Assembly (NCBI RefSeq): GCF_000004825.1
Contig: NW_008805086.1
Span: forward strand, 965,410 to 1,029,409
DNA from: Heterostelium pallidum
Lineage: Eukaryota
Direction of reading: 5' to 3'
Length of the DNA stretch: 64,000 nucleotides
Shown here: in pieces, positions 1 through 11,487 of the stretch
Position numbering within the stretch: position 1 is the first letter of the stretch
How the letters are laid out: the number at the start of each line of letters is the position of its first letter
Made by a program: the position numbers and the translations under genes
Notes under the pieces: generated by a model
Databases searched by the model: none
The model's input: the letters and a program-made list of their open reading frames with translations, nothing else
Told to the model about the DNA's origin: nothing

Positions 1-2879
1 CACGCTTACCGTCGTCAGTGAGATGTGAGAGTAGTGCATGGTCTTCCTCTGGGAAGAGAGTACGTGCAATCTCCTCGAGTCGGGTATTGATGTAACGAGG
101 TGCGGACGAATCCTTACCACCGGCCAATCTACTACCGAAACCACCACCTGGATAGAGAACATTGATGTTGTTGGCACCGACATAGGTCTGCGCCAGACCA
201 ATGATAGCGGACGCCAGTGATTGATCACCATGATGGTAGGCCGACTGCTCAGATACATAACCAATCAACTGAGCAACCTTGATCTCCTTCTTTAGATTTC
301 TCTTGAAACAGGAGAATAGAATCTTACGTTGCGAGGTCTTGAAACCGTCGACGATCGATGGAATCGAACGCTCACAATCGGCAATCGAGAAGAGAATCAA
401 TTCCTTGTCGATGAAATCGGTGATCTTTACTTTCTTGATACCGTATTGATCGAGGTAGGCACCCGGTGTGTACTGATCCATCCAGGTCTTACGATCGTTT
501 GCACGCTTCTTGTTGAATGCCTTGTCGATGGCATCGTCGGCACCATTGTCATACTCAAAGTCAATCTTGTGGTTGACGAGCTGCGAGAAGTACTCTTTGG
601 CTTCCTCTTCAGTCGATGTTCCAAGACCCTTGTAGTATTTGATTTCATAGCCTTTTCCATTGTTGTTTGCTTCTCTCCACGCTAAATACTCTGGAATGGT
701 GTAGAATGCAATGGTTTTGTTTCCTTTGGTTGCCTTGATGATTGGTGTGACAAACTCGACCAGGAATCCCTCGATACGAAGAAGCGATGGCCAGAAATGA
801 TGGATGAAATTGAGGAGTAAACCTTTTATGTGAGAACCGTCGTGATCCTGATCGGTCATAATCATCAGGTGACCGTAACGCAGTGACTTGACATCTTCGT
901 ATTGCTTACCGTGTTGCAATCCCATGATGTTGATGATATTGACAATCTCTTCGTTGGTCATCATTGTACGTGCATCGGATTCACGCACGTTCAGCAGCTT
1001 ACCTCTGAGAGGGAAGCAACCGTAGTGGTCCCAACCGACAACAGAGATACCAGAGACAGCCAACGTCTTGGCTGAGTCACCCTCTGTTAAAATCAATGTA
1101 CAATCCTCCGAGTGTGATGTACCTGCAAGATTTGCATCGTCCAACTTTGGTATATTCAAACGTGAACCCTTCTTGGTTGTAGCAGTTGTATTTCTCAACA
1201 TTGCCATTTCCTCTTTATGTTTTGCATATGAAATGATTTGATCTACAATACCTGATTTACTTTCAACAACTAAATAATTATAAAAAGATAAGATTATTAG
1301 TTTAAAAGTTGCTATTATGATTGTTGTTTTCTTGATTGGACTTACTCTTTTTAAGGAATTTTTCGGATGGATGACATTGTGATCCGAATGATGTAATTTT
1401 AGTTGAGAGATTCTCTTTGGTTTGAGAATCGAATGCAGGATTCTCAATGAGTGAGTTTACAAATACAAAGAGATGATTTTTGATGAATGCAGGTTTGATT
1501 TCGGCCTTGGATTTATGTTTCTTTTGTACGGCTTTTCCAATCTCGGCGAGCACATCGTTAAGTGCGTGGGTGACGTGGGTTCCACCCTTGGGGGTACAGA
1601 TAGAGTTTACGAAACTAACTTGGTTGAATTGTCCTTCGTGTGACAATGCTATGGCGATTTCCCAACGTTCGCTGACACGCTCATAGTAGATCTCCGGTGC
1701 CTTCTCCAGTGACTTGAAGTAGAGTTGAATGTAGCTTTGGAACGACTTGATATTGAGATCCTCGCCATTCAGTGTTACCTTGAGCGATGGATTGCAACCG
1801 GCGATATCATAGACACGCTTGGTAAGCAGTGCGACATTGTCGTCGTCGAGCATCGACAACATTCCAAACTTGGAGAGATCCGGATAGAATGTGATCTGTG
1901 TGTAATCGGTAGCCTTGGAGTAGGTGGTGATCTCTGGCTTCTCTCTGTTCTTGAGGTTGGCTTTGAAGGTCTGTTTAAAGAGTTTACGACGGCCGGAATC
2001 GGCACATTCCACCAGGAACTCGGTGGAGAATGCATTGGCCAGTTTCGCACCGAATCCGTTTCTTCCACCGGCCAGACGCTTCTCAGAGTCGTCGTAGTTG
2101 GACGAGGTCAGCAAGTGACCAAAGATCATCTCTGGCACGTACATCTGCTCCTTCTTGTGCATCTCAACTGGCACACCTGGACCGTCGTTCCACACCATGA
2201 TTCGGTTGTGCTCGGGATCGATCTCCACCTTGATTTGCTTCATCTTTTTCTGACCCTCTTGGAGTGGACGCTGAATGTTGTCGGCGGCATTCACAAGGAT
2301 TTCGTCGAATATCTTGTATAGTCCAGGCACGTAGCTGATCTTTCTACGCACCATTCTCTCGTTCTCCCAGATCCACAGCTCCTCCTCTTGTTTCTCGGTC
2401 GATCCAATGTAGGTATCGGGACGCAACAAGATCTGATCGAGTAACTCCATTCTCTTGTAGGTTTCATCGACCGACTTTACATTCTTTGTAATGTTGGTTG
2501 TTGGTTGTTTTCTCGAGTTGTTGTTGTTGCTTTCATCATCGTCGTCATCATCGTCGTCATCTGGAACAACAAAACTATCGTCCTCCAATTCCGATTCGGA
2601 TTCCGCTTTCTTTTTCTTGGCAGCAGCTTTCTTTCTTGGAGCGGCAGCAGGTTTCTTGGGTGCCTTTGTTGTCTTCTTGGGTTTGGGCTCGTCGTCGTCA
2701 TCGCTGTTGTCCAACTCTACAACCTTTGCTTTCTTGGCAGCAGCTGTTGTTGTCTTCTTTTTTGTTGCCGCAGCAGCTGTAGTTGTCTTTTTAGCAGCTG
2801 TTTTCTTCTTTGGTTCTTCATCCCAATCATCATCTGAATCCTCCTCTACATCAGATTGCCAATCTTCATCGTCTGACAT
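1..2879 (-). CDS. top2: DNA topoisomerase II, 5' part of the gene (about 930 codons); the CDS continues past the left edge of the window
   Basis: ORF 1302-2879 encodes an acidic/lysine-rich N-terminal extension followed by GHKL ATPase motifs (LLRPDTYIGS, EILVNAADN, GRNGFGAKL). A 76-nt intron (1270-1345, GTAAGT..TAG, phase 1) follows. My translation of the minus strand of 1-1269 then continues in frame through the TOPRIM and breakage-reunion regions (LTEGDSAK, PLRGKLLNV, IMTDQDHDGSHIKGL, YKGLGTS, IPSIVDGFK). Exons: 1346-2879 and <1-1269. Confidence 0.95.
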
Positions 2880-3283
2880 TCTTTAAAATAATCTTGTTTA
2901 TATAATAAATAAAAAACAATTATAATAACAAAAATAATAGAATAATAATTAAACTAAAAATGTTATAACAACAAAACTAAAAAAATCAAACAAGTGTGTT
3001 TGTTTGTTTTTTTTAAATATAAATAATATGATTTACTACTTAAAATAATCACAGAATTATTCAATTTAGTTAATTGTTTAATTATATAATAATTTGTTTA
3101 TCTATTAAAGAAAAAGAAAAAATATTGTTTGGATTGCTCTGAATTGTTGTAATTAAAACAAAAAAAAAAAAAAGAGAGCGCCAAAATTTTAAATTTTTGT
3201 CAGAAAAAAATGAAGTTAAACAAAAAAAAAAAAAAAAAACAGAATTCTTAGTAAAAAAAATGTAGTTTATTTGTTATCTCTGT

Positions 3284-3451
3284 TAAGAGAATTGAATTTA
3301 ATACTAATGTAACATTTAAAAGTGATTGACAATTATCGATATCATATCTTGAGATCAACAATTCTTTAGATTCTCAAAGATTTTCTTTTGGGATTCAATA
3401 AAGTCAGGGTTACTCATTAATGACATAATATTTGATATTTCATTGTCTTCA
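3284..3451. repeat. Degenerate direct copy of the last ~30 codons plus 3' flank of the PARP-like gene (partner copy at 3505-3671)
   Basis: Eye alignment of ..aaagtgattgacaat..atcgatat..ttctttaga.tt...a.attttcttttgggattcaa.aaagtcagggttactcattaa.gacataatatttgatatttcattgtcttcat in both copies. They are about 220 bp apart with scattered mismatches. Confidence 0.8.
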
Positions 3452-3576
3452 TAATATTATTATTATTATTATTATTTATTTATGTACATAAAAGAGATCT
3501 ATGAAAGAGAATTAAGATTGTTAATGTAATATGAAAAAGTGATTGACAATGATTCCCAAGTATCGATATGATACAC

Positions 3577-4749
3577 TTATTTCTTTAGACTTTCCAATAT
3601 TTTCTTTTGGGATTCAACAAAGTCAGGGTTACTCATTAAAGACATAATATTTGATATTTCATTGTCTTCATTATTATCATTGTTATTATTATTACTATTA
3701 TTACTATTATTATCGATACCAAAATGTCTAAATTTGTTGGTTCCATTGGCATTTCTGGTTGTTGGAATGGGATAGGATAGAGGAATTGCTGTAGTTGGTG
3801 GTGGTGGTGGGTGTTGACGGTTGGTTCGTGGTGGTGGTGGTGGTGGCGGCGGTGGTTGACGGTAAATACTTGTGGTTGATAGTGTTGATTTTATCGATGT
3901 ATTGGATGTTGGCATACCACGGGTATAAGCGTCTGAATATGTAATCAGATACTCGGGATAGGCACGACCGTTCTCATAGATGGTAAATATATCACCGCCT
4001 TTATAACTGTCGTAGACACCACGACTTGTGAGATCAGCCATCTGATCAAAGGGCACCGATAAAGCCATTGCACAACTACCTAGTAGCACACGACAATAGA
4101 ACATCTGGTAGATATTGCCTTGGCTCAACGTGTGTCGGTATCCATTGCTGTAGCTAGCGTTCATCGCAAAGTAGTGTGCCTTTCCGAAGCTGCCATAATT
4201 GGAAAACGACAGGTCGAAACCGACAGGATGATCATAGATCTCCGAGGGTCTGTGCGTTCTGGTTCCATGGTAGAGTCGTGATTCAACGATGACGGAACTA
4301 CTTGCATTGTAACGCTTCATCAACTCTAGACACTTGCTATGATAGCTACGCCAGAGTGTTTTGCTCTGAACACGCTCCACCTTTGTAATGTTGAAACTTG
4401 GAAGTGTTTCTCGAAAGTGTTGATGTATTTCATAGAATTCGGTGCCGGATCTGTCGATTTCAACCAATCTGACCTGCTCCTTTTGTGGTAACAGCCAGTA
4501 GAATGGAAAATCATGTTTCTCTGCTATTGCTTCCAGACCAAGTGTATCTACTACTTCGGTTTTGATTGTACTTTTTATAGATTTTCGTTGTGTGTCATCT
4601 TTCAATTGTTCAAAACTACTTTCTTTTTCTCTTATTCTCTTTTGACGTGATGATGATGATGAAGATGTTGCTGAATCTGTTGCTCTTGTAGTCGTCGTCG
4701 TTGTAGTTGAATCATTTTCAGATTTTTTTGGGAGTAAAATGAAATCCAT
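3577..4749 (-). CDS. PARP-family mono-ADP-ribosyltransferase (PARP7/11/12-like catalytic domain, H-Y-I triad) with a proline-rich C-terminal tail
   Basis: Single 390-aa ORF. Catalytic-domain hallmarks are FYEIHQHF..ITKVERVQSKTLWRSYHSK, the histidine in LYHGT, the tyrosine in GKAHYFA, and DIFTIYENGRAYPEYLITY. In that last motif the position of the PARP1 catalytic Glu is Ile, as in mono-ART PARPs. A run of 9 Pro and a poly-N tail follow. Confidence 0.8.
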   Translation of the reverse strand: MDFILLPKKSENDSTTTTTTTRATDSATSSSSSSRQKRIREKESSFEQLKDDTQRKSIKSTIKTEVVDTLGLEAIAEKHDFPFYWLLPQKEQVRLVEIDRSGTEFYEIHQHFRETLPSFNITKVERVQSKTLWRSYHSKCLELMKRYNASSSVIVESRLYHGTRTHRPSEIYDHPVGFDLSFSNYGSFGKAHYFAMNASYSNGYRHTLSQGNIYQMFYCRVLLGSCAMALSVPFDQMADLTSRGVYDSYKGGDIFTIYENGRAYPEYLITYSDAYTRGMPTSNTSIKSTLSTTSIYRQPPPPPPPPPRTNRQHPPPPPTTAIPLSYPIPTTRNANGTNKFRHFGIDNNSNNSNNNNNDNNEDNEISNIMSLMSNPDFVESQKKILESLKK

Positions 4750-5784
4750 TTGATCTTGTGATCACTTTATATCATATATTGAAAACATTAATAAGTATAA
4801 TAAGAAATTACTTCCAGTAGATTAAAAAAAAGGATACAAATTCTAAGAATTCATTATCCCTCAACTGAAAAAAAAACAAATAAAATAAATTACAATTTAT
4901 ATTGTTATATTTATAATAAATATTTATATAAATTATTTATTTTATATTTTGATAAGTTTTATTGTTTTTTTTTTTTTTGCTGTCCATATTTCTGATGTAA
5001 AAAAGTAAAAGTAGCATTTTATTTAATCCATTGATTTGCTTAAATGTCGATAAAAAATTTAAAATGTTAAATTTTTTTCAATGATAGTGGTTGTGGCTGT
5101 TTTTCACAATTTTTTTTTCTTCGTTTTTGCAATAGAGATTAATATTAAAAAAATAAAATAAAATATCAAACCTTGTTAGATTTTAATAAAAATTAGATAA
5201 ATAGAAAGTATTTTTATAGTAGATTTAGAATATAAAGTTTGATTTATTCTTTAAAAAAAATTTGAAAGAGTTTGGCCTCTGTTTTTCGATGGGTAAAATG
5301 AGTTTTCCAATCTGCATCGGAGTTCGGAGCAAGCTACAACAAACCCGAGAGATCAAAGAATACAGGGACAGACATATTTATCAATGTTATGAAAAGATCA
5401 ATCAATTTCTCAAAGATCTTCAATCAAAAATTGGTGTTCAAAAAATGGTTATTGTAATATGGGAAATTTATATGAGAAAATCAATGATAGGCAACTAGCG
5501 AAATAGATATTTAACAATGGACCCTACTGATTAAATAAAGCACATATATCAATAGAAATGGTTCAACACACGATATGTGATCTTGAATTTCTATCGATTC
5601 CTTGAATAGTGGATATAAGCTGGTATCTTTCACTTTGCCAATCTTCACTAAATATTAAATTTTGGTTTTTATTTGAATCAAACACAATCAAATCAACAAT
5701 AACCATATAAAATTCAATTGTATAATGTTAGCGATACGAAAAAGCAACTTTGTATTATAGTAGATTGACAAGAAAGTGAGTTAA

Positions 5785-6100
5785 TAAATGAATAAATGAA
5801 TAAATATAATATATATGAATATAAATATATAAATATATAAATATATAAATATATAAATATAAATAAATATAATATTTAAATAAATATAAAAAATATAAAT
5901 AAATATAACACTGAAAATAAATATAAATATTAAGATAGATATAAAGATAAATATAAATAAATAAATATAATACATATAATTGATATATAGAGAAATAAAT
6001 AAATTACTGGATGAATAAATAAATGTATGAAAGGAAGAAAGAAGAATGGGTGGATGAAAGATTGAAAGAAAGAAAGAAAGAAAGAAAGAATGGATGAAAG
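5785..6100. repeat. AT-rich low-complexity tandem repeats (ATAAATAT-type units, then (GAAA)n at about 6058-6095)
   Basis: Visible periodic aaatataaatatat units and gaaagaaagaaagaaagaaagaaagaat. The ORFs listed here (5781-5975, 5930-6193) are poly-I/F/Y translations of these repeats. Confidence 0.7.
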
Positions 6101-8154
6101 GAAGAATGAAAGTGAATTAGGTGCTAATTCACTGCAGTGCAAATAAATAGAAATATAGTGTAAGAATATAAAAATGTAAAGCGTTGAGCACAATGTGCAC
6201 TGGACTAATACAGTACTTATATTGTATTACCTATATCTATTTATTTATAGAATGATACATACCATATAAACAAATTAAAGGCAAAACTAACCTATACTTT
6301 TTTGGAGAAAAAAAAATAAATTTGAATTAGTTATCTTGAATATACTTGATTATTTACCCACTCCCTGCACTGAGTGTGCCCCTGGTAATCCATTCTATTA
6401 TTATTCACGACTATCATATCAAAATGGAGAAAATCTACATGATAACCGGGTGGCTCGTTCGATGCACCTTTATTGTTGTTACTCAACAATATTTTTCTAT
6501 TTAAAACAAAAAAGTTAATAAGTAAGAATGTTTATCCAAATTGATTTTCAATTACATACATTTTATTTTTAAAGATTGTAGCTGAGTCGATATAATAACT
6601 TGACCACCTTAGTTAGAAATATTGACTAGTTGGCCCTTTATATATTCTAAAGTGGTGCATTTTAAAATATATAGTTTTATAGTGTGCCTACCCTATAATG
6701 CCGGATTGGTCTGTATCAAATAAGTTAGTAAAACATTAATTGAATAATGTATACTAGACATTATTGAGTGACAGCCAGATGGGAGTCTTCATCTTTTACA
6801 TTCGGTAATACCAGAATAATTTGTCGTAGGCATACAAAATTATCTGATATGTTGAACATAAAATTAATGACATACGAAATATAATAAAGAAGTAAATAAA
6901 ATTTATATTAATAAAATTATATGCGTATACCTTTATTGGACTATTCTCTTGATTAAAAATACAAATAAAATCTAGAAAGATCACATTCTTTGTATGAATT
7001 GACCTTTGTATAATAGAATGAATTAGTTAAGTACATTCACAACTTGTTATTTTACAATGGTAATAATATCATATTATAATATACATATAAACATATAAAT
7101 ATAATACTTACAACTTTGATATAAGATTAGGAATTACTTTAGGAATAGTTTTGGTACAAGGAATATAGATTTAATGAATGTAATAAAGTTTAGAGATATA
7201 ATTTATAGTATAATATTTAAAGATAATAGTTTATTTATTTTACAGTTTGAAGATAAGAATAATATTTGGTAATGTTGAATAATGTTGAATAATTAATTAA
7301 TTTCTATAATGGATTTTCCAAGGTATTTATACTGTTGGATTTCTTCGACTAGTGCAGTTGCTCAATCTCAGAAATCTGTTCTTGATTAACTAGTTTGGTA
7401 TTCATTGTAGATTAACTTGTTGGTTATTTCTTTATGTTAACTTTGATAGATTGATATTTTGTTGATTCACTGAATGTTGATATTATTCTAATATATTTAA
7501 TTATTGTTAAACAGCTGGATTATTAATTTAAGTTATTTGAAATCGTGTCCATAAACTGTTTGAATTGTGATAGTTGAATTCTTAATAAATTATTGAAGTG
7601 TCAGTTGATTTGGTTATTATAATTCTAAAATGTTAATTTTAGAACACAACTGCTATATAAGGAACTTATACTTACAATGAACTAAAACATAATATAAAAC
7701 AAAATTTACTACTACCAAATCAATATGCTTCAACATTCAAACACTCCAGATAATGAATCAGGTTGAAAGCGTTATTCTAAAATAATATAGCAAAGTGCTC
7801 ACATTTTGAATTGTGTTTTTGTTAATAACCAAAATCACCTTATTCAATGTTGAAATAAATTTGATTTGAAATGTACTAGACCAGACTCCCATCCGAACAT
7901 ATACATAGCTTCATCAAACCCATAACAACAAATGAAAAAATAGGCGAATTGATTGCAAGATTCTTTACACACTACTGCATATACTATTTCAAAACAAGCA
8001 ATCAAAAATTATTGAATAATTATGATCCACTAAAGATATGTCAAAGAAATAAAAATTAGTAATCTGTATTCATTAAAATAAAACAATTATTACTTACACT
8101 ATCTTTTATGCCTAAACATCTCCACATACCAAAAAGATAATAATAAAATTTGAA

Positions 8155-9771
8155 TTATAAAAATGATTTTAAAACATTTCCAATCATATTTTGAATTGGT
8201 CTTATTACCAGGTTTGATAATGGGTTCTTAATGAGTAGAGTGGAGAAGAGCTGTCCATAGTCCGCTATGGCTGTGAGGCATGGAATTCTTATAATAAGTT
8301 CTCGTAGAGATGGCCAATTGGATAAGAAGTCACCGGCATTGTTCATGTTTTCGTCTTCTTCTGCGGTATTCAACTGGTCCTTGATCTTTTCATATGGAAT
8401 ACAGAATCGATCGATCTCCATTGCATCGTCAGTTTCCTCAACTTGTTCCATGATAGGATCTTCATGTGATGTCATTTCTACATCATTTGATGCTGCTGCT
8501 TCTGACTGTGGTGGAGATTGTTGTTGCAGTGTTTGTGAAAGTTGTTGTAAATAGTTGATTTGTTGTTGTTGTCTATAATCTTGAATCTGCGAGTTGTAAT
8601 TGTTATCGATTTCAAAGATTACGACAATTTCTTTTGCTGGTTTTGATTGTTCCGTTGATTGCACTGTAGTGTTGTGTTGAATAGGAGTATGGAGTGGTGT
8701 TTGGGTTGGAGATTGGATTGGTGATTGAGATGGAGTTTGGATTGGTGTTTGGGATTGTGTTGGAATTGGTGTTTGGATTGGTGTTTGGGATGGTGTTTGA
8801 ATTGGTGTTTGGGATGGGGATTGGATTGGTGTTTGACTATTTACATGAGTTGATTTGTGATGTTTTTGATTGTCCATTGATTCTTGATTATTATCTTCTT
8901 CTCTTATTCTTTTTTTTGTTGAATTGTTATTATTATTATTGTTATTGTTATTTATTTGGTTATTTATTTGGTTATTTATTTTTTTATGTTGACTATTATT
9001 GTCACAATCATCCTCTCTTTCTTTTCTTTTACCACTATAAATCAAGCTCGATCCGATATCATGATCATCGTCACCAAAATCAATCGATTCGATATCAAAC
9101 AATGGTTTACTTTGGGTATTTTGTGTATTATTATGTGTATTATTATGTGTATTATGTGTATTATTCTGTGTATTATTCTGTGTATTAATTTGTTTATTAT
9201 TTTGTGTACTATTTTGTATATTATCTTGTGTATTATTCTGTGTATTATTTTGTGAATTAGTCTGTTTTGTTTTCTTTGTTCCTCTGTAGCCTCTTCTTCT
9301 TTTGTTTGTACCAGAGAGTGTTTGGTCTGGTGTAGTTGTGGTAGCTGGTTTTGGTGAAGATTGAGATGAAGTAGAAGCAGCTTGTGAATTTGAAAGTGTT
9401 GGTTGAGATGGTGACTGAGGTGACGAAACAATTTGTTGTGTTCTTGAAGGTGTGGGTTGTGGAGCTAATTTAGATGTTACATTGGCATAAGTATTTATAA
9501 TATCGCTCATCTCTTTTGCCTTTTCCTTATTTGATTCGTCTACATTCTTGGCAATCTCATTCATTTCTATCATGGTGTTTAGATAGGTGGTATGTGCCTT
9601 ATCTCGAGCTGGTTTCCAAGACTGTGCCTCCTCCTTGGTGGTCGATTCGTAGCCTTTGGAAATTGTAGTCTCTTTACCAACTTGACTTTTCATAGCAGAA
9701 TATTTGTAGATAGTCATTTTGTCAACTTCATTTCCACCCATGAATTTAATGTAATGTTTATTGGCACGCAT
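8155..9771 (-). CDS. Low-complexity (NTQ / QTPIQ repeat) protein; either a separate gene or the last exon of the 9831-11487 gene
   Basis: The ORF is 538 aa. Its ATG at 9771 is directly preceded by AG, and a GTAAGT donor sits at 9839. That defines a 68-nt phase-0 intron (9772-9839) that would fuse ..FQFLDNRS to MRANKHYIKFMGG... I recognised no domain. The N- and C-terminal parts are non-repetitive. Confidence 0.5.
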   Translation of the reverse strand: MRANKHYIKFMGGNEVDKMTIYKYSAMKSQVGKETTISKGYESTTKEEAQSWKPARDKAHTTYLNTMIEMNEIAKNVDESNKEKAKEMSDIINTYANVTSKLAPQPTPSRTQQIVSSPQSPSQPTLSNSQAASTSSQSSPKPATTTTPDQTLSGTNKRRRGYRGTKKTKQTNSQNNTQNNTQDNIQNSTQNNKQINTQNNTQNNTHNTHNNTHNNTQNTQSKPLFDIESIDFGDDDHDIGSSLIYSGKRKEREDDCDNNSQHKKINNQINNQINNNNNNNNNNSTKKRIREEDNNQESMDNQKHHKSTHVNSQTPIQSPSQTPIQTPSQTPIQTPIPTQSQTPIQTPSQSPIQSPTQTPLHTPIQHNTTVQSTEQSKPAKEIVVIFEIDNNYNSQIQDYRQQQQINYLQQLSQTLQQQSPPQSEAAASNDVEMTSHEDPIMEQVEETDDAMEIDRFCIPYEKIKDQLNTAEEDENMNNAGDFLSNWPSLRELIIRIPCLTAIADYGQLFSTLLIKNPLSNLVIRPIQNMIGNVLKSFL

Positions 9772-9830
9772 CTTTTTTTTGTAAAAAAATATTGATTAAT
9801 AATTGTTTTGAATTCAAATTATATAATTGA

Positions 9831-11487
9831 TTAACTTACTGATCTATTATCTAAAAACTGGAAACGATGATACTCTGTAAAACCAGGAAAGATCTTTATT
9901 TCTTTCTGTTTCAATTCCTTTGGGTTATGAATTTCGACTGTTACTTTGATGGTAACAGCTTCCTTCTCTGATTCAGAGGTCAATTTGTATGTTCTTTGAT
10001 AGTTGTTGTTGTCAGTGGTACTCTTGATTGCATTGATAACATCTTGATCTGTATAGATTGAATCTTTGAAACTCGACTTGTCTGCTATCGCTCTAGAAAC
10101 CATTGAAAAATGTTGATCGCATTCACTCTTTCCGTGATAAGGTGCAAAAGTATTCAATTCGACGAGATACTTTCTTTTGGTTTTGTTTGGAGTGTTTGGA
10201 TCAGCTACTTGCAACTTTGACAATGTATGCATATATGAAAGTATTTCATTTGACTTGAAGTGTCTAGCATTATCACACCAAAATGTAATTTTGTTGATAT
10301 TTAGACTGGTGAATAATGGATCATTGATTAATTTGTCGAGACATGAAATTGCAAATGTCGAACAGTGATTAAGTACTTGTGAAAGACAGTCATAGTAGTG
10401 AATCTTCAGCTTGTCACCTTGCTTATAGAAGAGGACCATTCCAAAGAAGGTACGAGCAGGTTGTTGGTAAAATTCATGGCTTACTTGCACTTTGGATTTA
10501 CCTAATGATATATTCTCTTTAAAATCACAGAGAATAATACACTCTCCTGCCTTTAACTCATTTTTCTAAATATTAATAAATCATTAACTAAATGTATTAA
10601 TAAAATTATAATTACACATGTCAAATAATCATTCTTTCTTTGCTGAACAAACATCTTGTGAATAGTCAAGATTTCAAACAGTTTATGATCTTGATCTGAA
10701 AGTTGCCCAAACTTAATTCGTTTTGACTCGAGAGCCTGATACTGAACACACATTGGACACATGTCGGTTCGATTCTTCATTTCTCTGACATACTCTGGTA
10801 CGAAACTGTAAAATGCACTTCTACCCATGAGTGGATACTTGACTTGATCAACTTTACTCTTCTTGAGGTAATCTGAAAAGCAGGTATTTATGTTTCCTAA
10901 AGCAAGGTTCTTGATTGGCACCAACTCGAATGCTCGTTTACCATCTGCGTCGAGTTCTTTGCTGTACAACCTCATGTTTTTACTTGATTCTTCAGTTATA
11001 TCTTTCATATTGAAGTAACCTTCGACGGCTGTCCTTAGCATCGTGGTTCTTTGTCTTCTTGTCATTTGTCCATTGTGTGTAAATTTAGATCTCCAATTGC
11101 TGATCTCTTCTGCATTAATCAGTCTACCTGCACCATACTTATGTACGTGTTGAATTGCACGATTCCACGCATTATTATCTATTGTGATTCCAAACTCTCT
11201 GATTTCCTTAGAAGTGTAAAAAGGAACTAAACTTGATAACAATCTAGATTGGGAATATTAGTATCAATGATATACAAAATCGTTATTAAATTTAAAACTT
11301 TACTTTTATTACCAGACCTCTCTGATAATTCACTATAGTCCTTATAACGATTACTCTTGACTGGTTTAGTGTTTGAATCACTAACTGATTTTATTGAATT
11401 CAATACTCCTTGTGTATAATTATTGAAAGAGGGAGCCAATGATGGACTATTATTACTCTTATTTTGTGTAGTTAATCTGCTTGCCAT
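9831..11487 (-). CDS. Transposase-like protein of an unnamed family (motifs DF-x-EN / W-x-DN-x-x-HFK / HGK-x-x-CD); 3 exons, possibly spliced on to 8155-9771
   Basis: Exon 1 is 11313-11487 (an alternative donor gives 11304). Exon 2 is 10616-11226. Exon 3 is 9831-10565, or ends at 9840 if the TCA|GTAAGT donor is used. All junctions are phase-consistent. Joining the exons gives ..NDYLTC|KNELKAGECIILCDFKENISLGKSKVQVSHEF... Other motifs are CPMCVQYQ, ITFWCDNARHFKSNE and YHGKSECDQHF. Confidence 0.6.

Noticed and set aside
1480-2886. Several plus-strand and out-of-frame ORFs (1480-1686, 1725-2321, 1775-2068, 2477-2886 group) overlapping the topoisomerase II exon
   Set aside because: These are antisense or frame-shifted shadows of a strongly supported CDS. 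Their products are low-complexity (poly-S/L/F/V) or have no motifs.
5262-5498. A 78-aa plus-strand ORF in a less AT-rich patch of the gene desert
   Set aside because: It uses an alternative start, has no recognisable motif and has neighbouring frames closed. At most it is a decayed fragment, so it is not reported as a gene.
5781-6193. Minus-strand ORFs of 64 and 87 aa
   Set aside because: They are translations of AT-rich tandem repeats (poly I/F/Y/L). They have no start context and no coding-like composition.
7916-7923. ACCCATAA, which matches the dictyostelid upstream sequence element (DUSE) consensus for small ncRNA genes
   Set aside because: This degenerate 8-mer is expected several times by chance in 64 kb. 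About 60 nt downstream there is no terminal stem, no conserved class-I-type motif and no snRNA-like sequence.
8267-9431. Overlapping plus- and minus-strand ORFs (8267-8554, 8694-9188, 8956-9255, 9042-9431)
   Set aside because: They are alternative-frame readings of the repetitive NTQ/QTPIQ-coding DNA of the 8155-9771 ORF.
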